Positions 62,201 to 64,000 of a stretch of DNA of 64,000 bases are shown here, one piece after another. Each line of letters opens with the position of its first letter. Position 1 is the stretch's first letter. Made by a program: the position numbers and the translations under genes. Source of the stretch: Mobula hypostoma (lineage: Eukaryota); the NCBI RefSeq assembly GCF_963921235.1, contig NC_086097.1:73720001-73784000 (forward strand). Direction: 5' to 3'. The notes under the pieces were generated by a model that had not been told where the DNA came from, made no database searches, and was given only the letters and a program-made list of their open reading frames with translations.

Positions 62201-64000
62201 AGTGTTACTTTTGTGGGAAACCTGGTCATGTGGTGTCCAATTGTCTTGCTATGAAAAGGGAAAAATGAAAAGAGAAAGAGAAAACCCCAAATGCCTGTGT
62301 TCAGACGGTTAAAACACCACTGAAGAAGGAGGGGTCTGACTGTGTTCAAGAGGGGCTCAAGAGATTTATTTCAAATGGGTTTGTGTCTGTGAAGGAGGGG
62401 TCAACCCCAGTTCCAATGAGAATCTGGAGAGATACTGGAGCTTTTCAGTCACTGATATTAAAGAGTGTTTTGGAATTTGGTGCTGAGACGGAGACTGGTG
62501 AAGTGAATATTATCAAAGGTATTGGAAAGGGGACTGAGGCTGTGCCTTTGCATAAGACAGTTTTGAAATGCGGTTTGGTATCCAGACCAGTCACAATAGG
62601 GGTACGATCTGAACTACCGATAGACAATGTTGATGTCTTACTCTGTAATGACCTTGCAGGTGGAAATGTTTACCCAGCAGTTCAGCTCACAAGTAAGCCT
62701 GCTGTTGCTGAGGACCCGCCCATAGATGCTGATGTGTATCCTGTCGACAAAGTCTGCTAATGCTAATGTTGATTTATCCAAGACTTTCCTACCGTCCCTA
62801 TATCAACAGGACTTAGAGGGTAGTAAGGCTGGGGACAGTAAGGAGGGTGAGAAAGACTTGTCCTTATGAAGAAAGGAATTTATAGAGGAACAAAATAAGG
62901 ATCCTGAAATTGTGGCTTTAAAAGAGACAGCTCTCTCTGAGGATGAAATTCAGAAAGAGACAGTGGGATATTACCTTAAAGATGGGGTGTTGATGAGGAA
63001 GTGGAGACCAGCCACTGTGCCTGCAAGTGAGGATTGGGCTATTGTGCATCAGGCAGTGGTTCCAAAGGTTTACAAGGGTGAAATTTTAAACCTGGCCCAC
63101 AAGATGCCTTTAGGGGGACATTTTGGAGTAAAGAAGACAGTGCAGAGGATTATGAGGGAATTTTATTGGCCTAACGTGAGGAAAGATATTGTCAATTACT
63201 GCAGAGGGTGTCATACCACTTCGGCTGATACCTGCTTTTGGTGAACCATTTTCCAGGGTCATAGTGGATTGTGTAGGCCCATTGCCAAAGACTGCAGTTG
63301 GTCATCAGTACTTGTTAACAATTATGTGTGCTGCATCTAGGTTCCCTGAAGCCGTGCCTCTCAGAAACATCCAGGCCAAGATTGTGGTAAAGGCACTCAG
63401 CAAGTTTTTCGTACTGGTAAGTTTACCAAAAGAAATTCAATCTGACCAGGGTAGTAACTTTACTTCGAGAACATTCCAGCAAATAGTTTCTGATCTGGAA
63501 GCTAAACAAATTGTGTCATCTGCCTACCACCAGGAGTCTCAAGGGGCTTTGGAGCGGTTTCATTCCACTTTAAAGACCATGATTAAAACCTACTGTTATG
63601 AGAATGACAGGGACTGGGATGAAGGGATGCACTTATTACTTTTTGCCGTGAGAGACACCATTCAAGAGGCCCTGGGGTTCAGCCTGTTTGAGCTCATTTT
63701 CGGCCATAGGCCCAAAGGACGTCTGACCTTCCTCAGGGAGCAACGGTCTAACCCAAAAGTGTGTGTCAGCATGTTAGATTATGTTTTGAAATTTTGCGGA
63801 AGACTTAATAAAGCTTGAGACCTTGCCAAGAAAAATCTGCAAAACTCCCAAATTAAAATATAACATTGGTTTGATAAGAGAGTGAGGGAGCAGGTGTTCG
63901 AGGTTGGAGATAAGGTGCTGGTGCTGTTCTTCTTGGTGACCAACCCCCTCCAAACACAATTCCATGGACCATACCACATAATTAAGAAATCTGATTCTTT
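59229..64000 (+). mobile_element. Gmr1-clade Gypsy LTR retrotransposon: 5' LTR 59229-61084, PBS, gag (ATG 61189), protease, integrase; runs off the window; decayed
   Basis: LTR TG...CA; PBS tggggcctacgtccgagat (tRNA-Pro-like); SCAN-like ELVPETYRQRFR; CYFCGKPGHVVSNC; RDTGA; HHCC, DCVGPLP, DQGSNF, ERFH and GPY. Confidence 0.9.
59780..60821 (+). mobile_element. 5'-truncated Rex1/Babar-type LINE inserted in the Gypsy 5' LTR
   Basis: SPFLFIIYTSDF, KFSDDS, QSRLYFLRRLRTF; AATAAA plus (TATGAC)n tail; candidate TSD AACTA. Confidence 0.85.

Noticed and set aside
55285..64000. Further AQR exon (expected ...RRKPKENNFK)
   Set aside because: Not found on reading; probably beyond the window.
1..64000. The many 60-130 aa ORFs, CRISPR arrays, tRNA/rRNA/snoRNA genes
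   Set aside because: The short ORFs are antisense or off-frame to repeats or exons with no recognisable domains; no supportable array or structural RNA gene was seen.

Overview
Vertebrate genomic DNA, very repeat-rich; the repeat repertoire (CR1/HER1-type LINE tails, Penelope pseudo-LTRs, Deu-domain and V-type SINEs) suggests a cartilaginous fish (inference). The only host gene is the 3' half of AQR (Aquarius spliceosomal SF1 helicase) on the minus strand. It has 16 GT-AG exons from 55284 down to the stop at 19536 (2343 nt, 780 aa plus stop, all splice phases consistent) and an AATAAA at 19367-19372; upstream exons probably lie beyond the window. The rest is transposon debris, often nested. 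Highlights: (i) a decayed class I (gamma/epsilon-type) retroviral env plus PPT and 3' LTR, split by a four-tier nest whose target-site duplications are all readable; (ii) Penelope-derived miniature elements carrying minimal hammerhead-ribozyme cores, including a young 220-bp, almost perfect 90-bp palindrome in an AQR intron; (iii) a Gmr1-type Gypsy element with integrase directly after protease; (iv) a full-ended Nimb/I-clade LINE lacking its endonuclease; (v) two BEL/Pao relics and several Tc1, mariner, pogo and hAT elements and MITEs. All family assignments come from motif recognition, not database searches.
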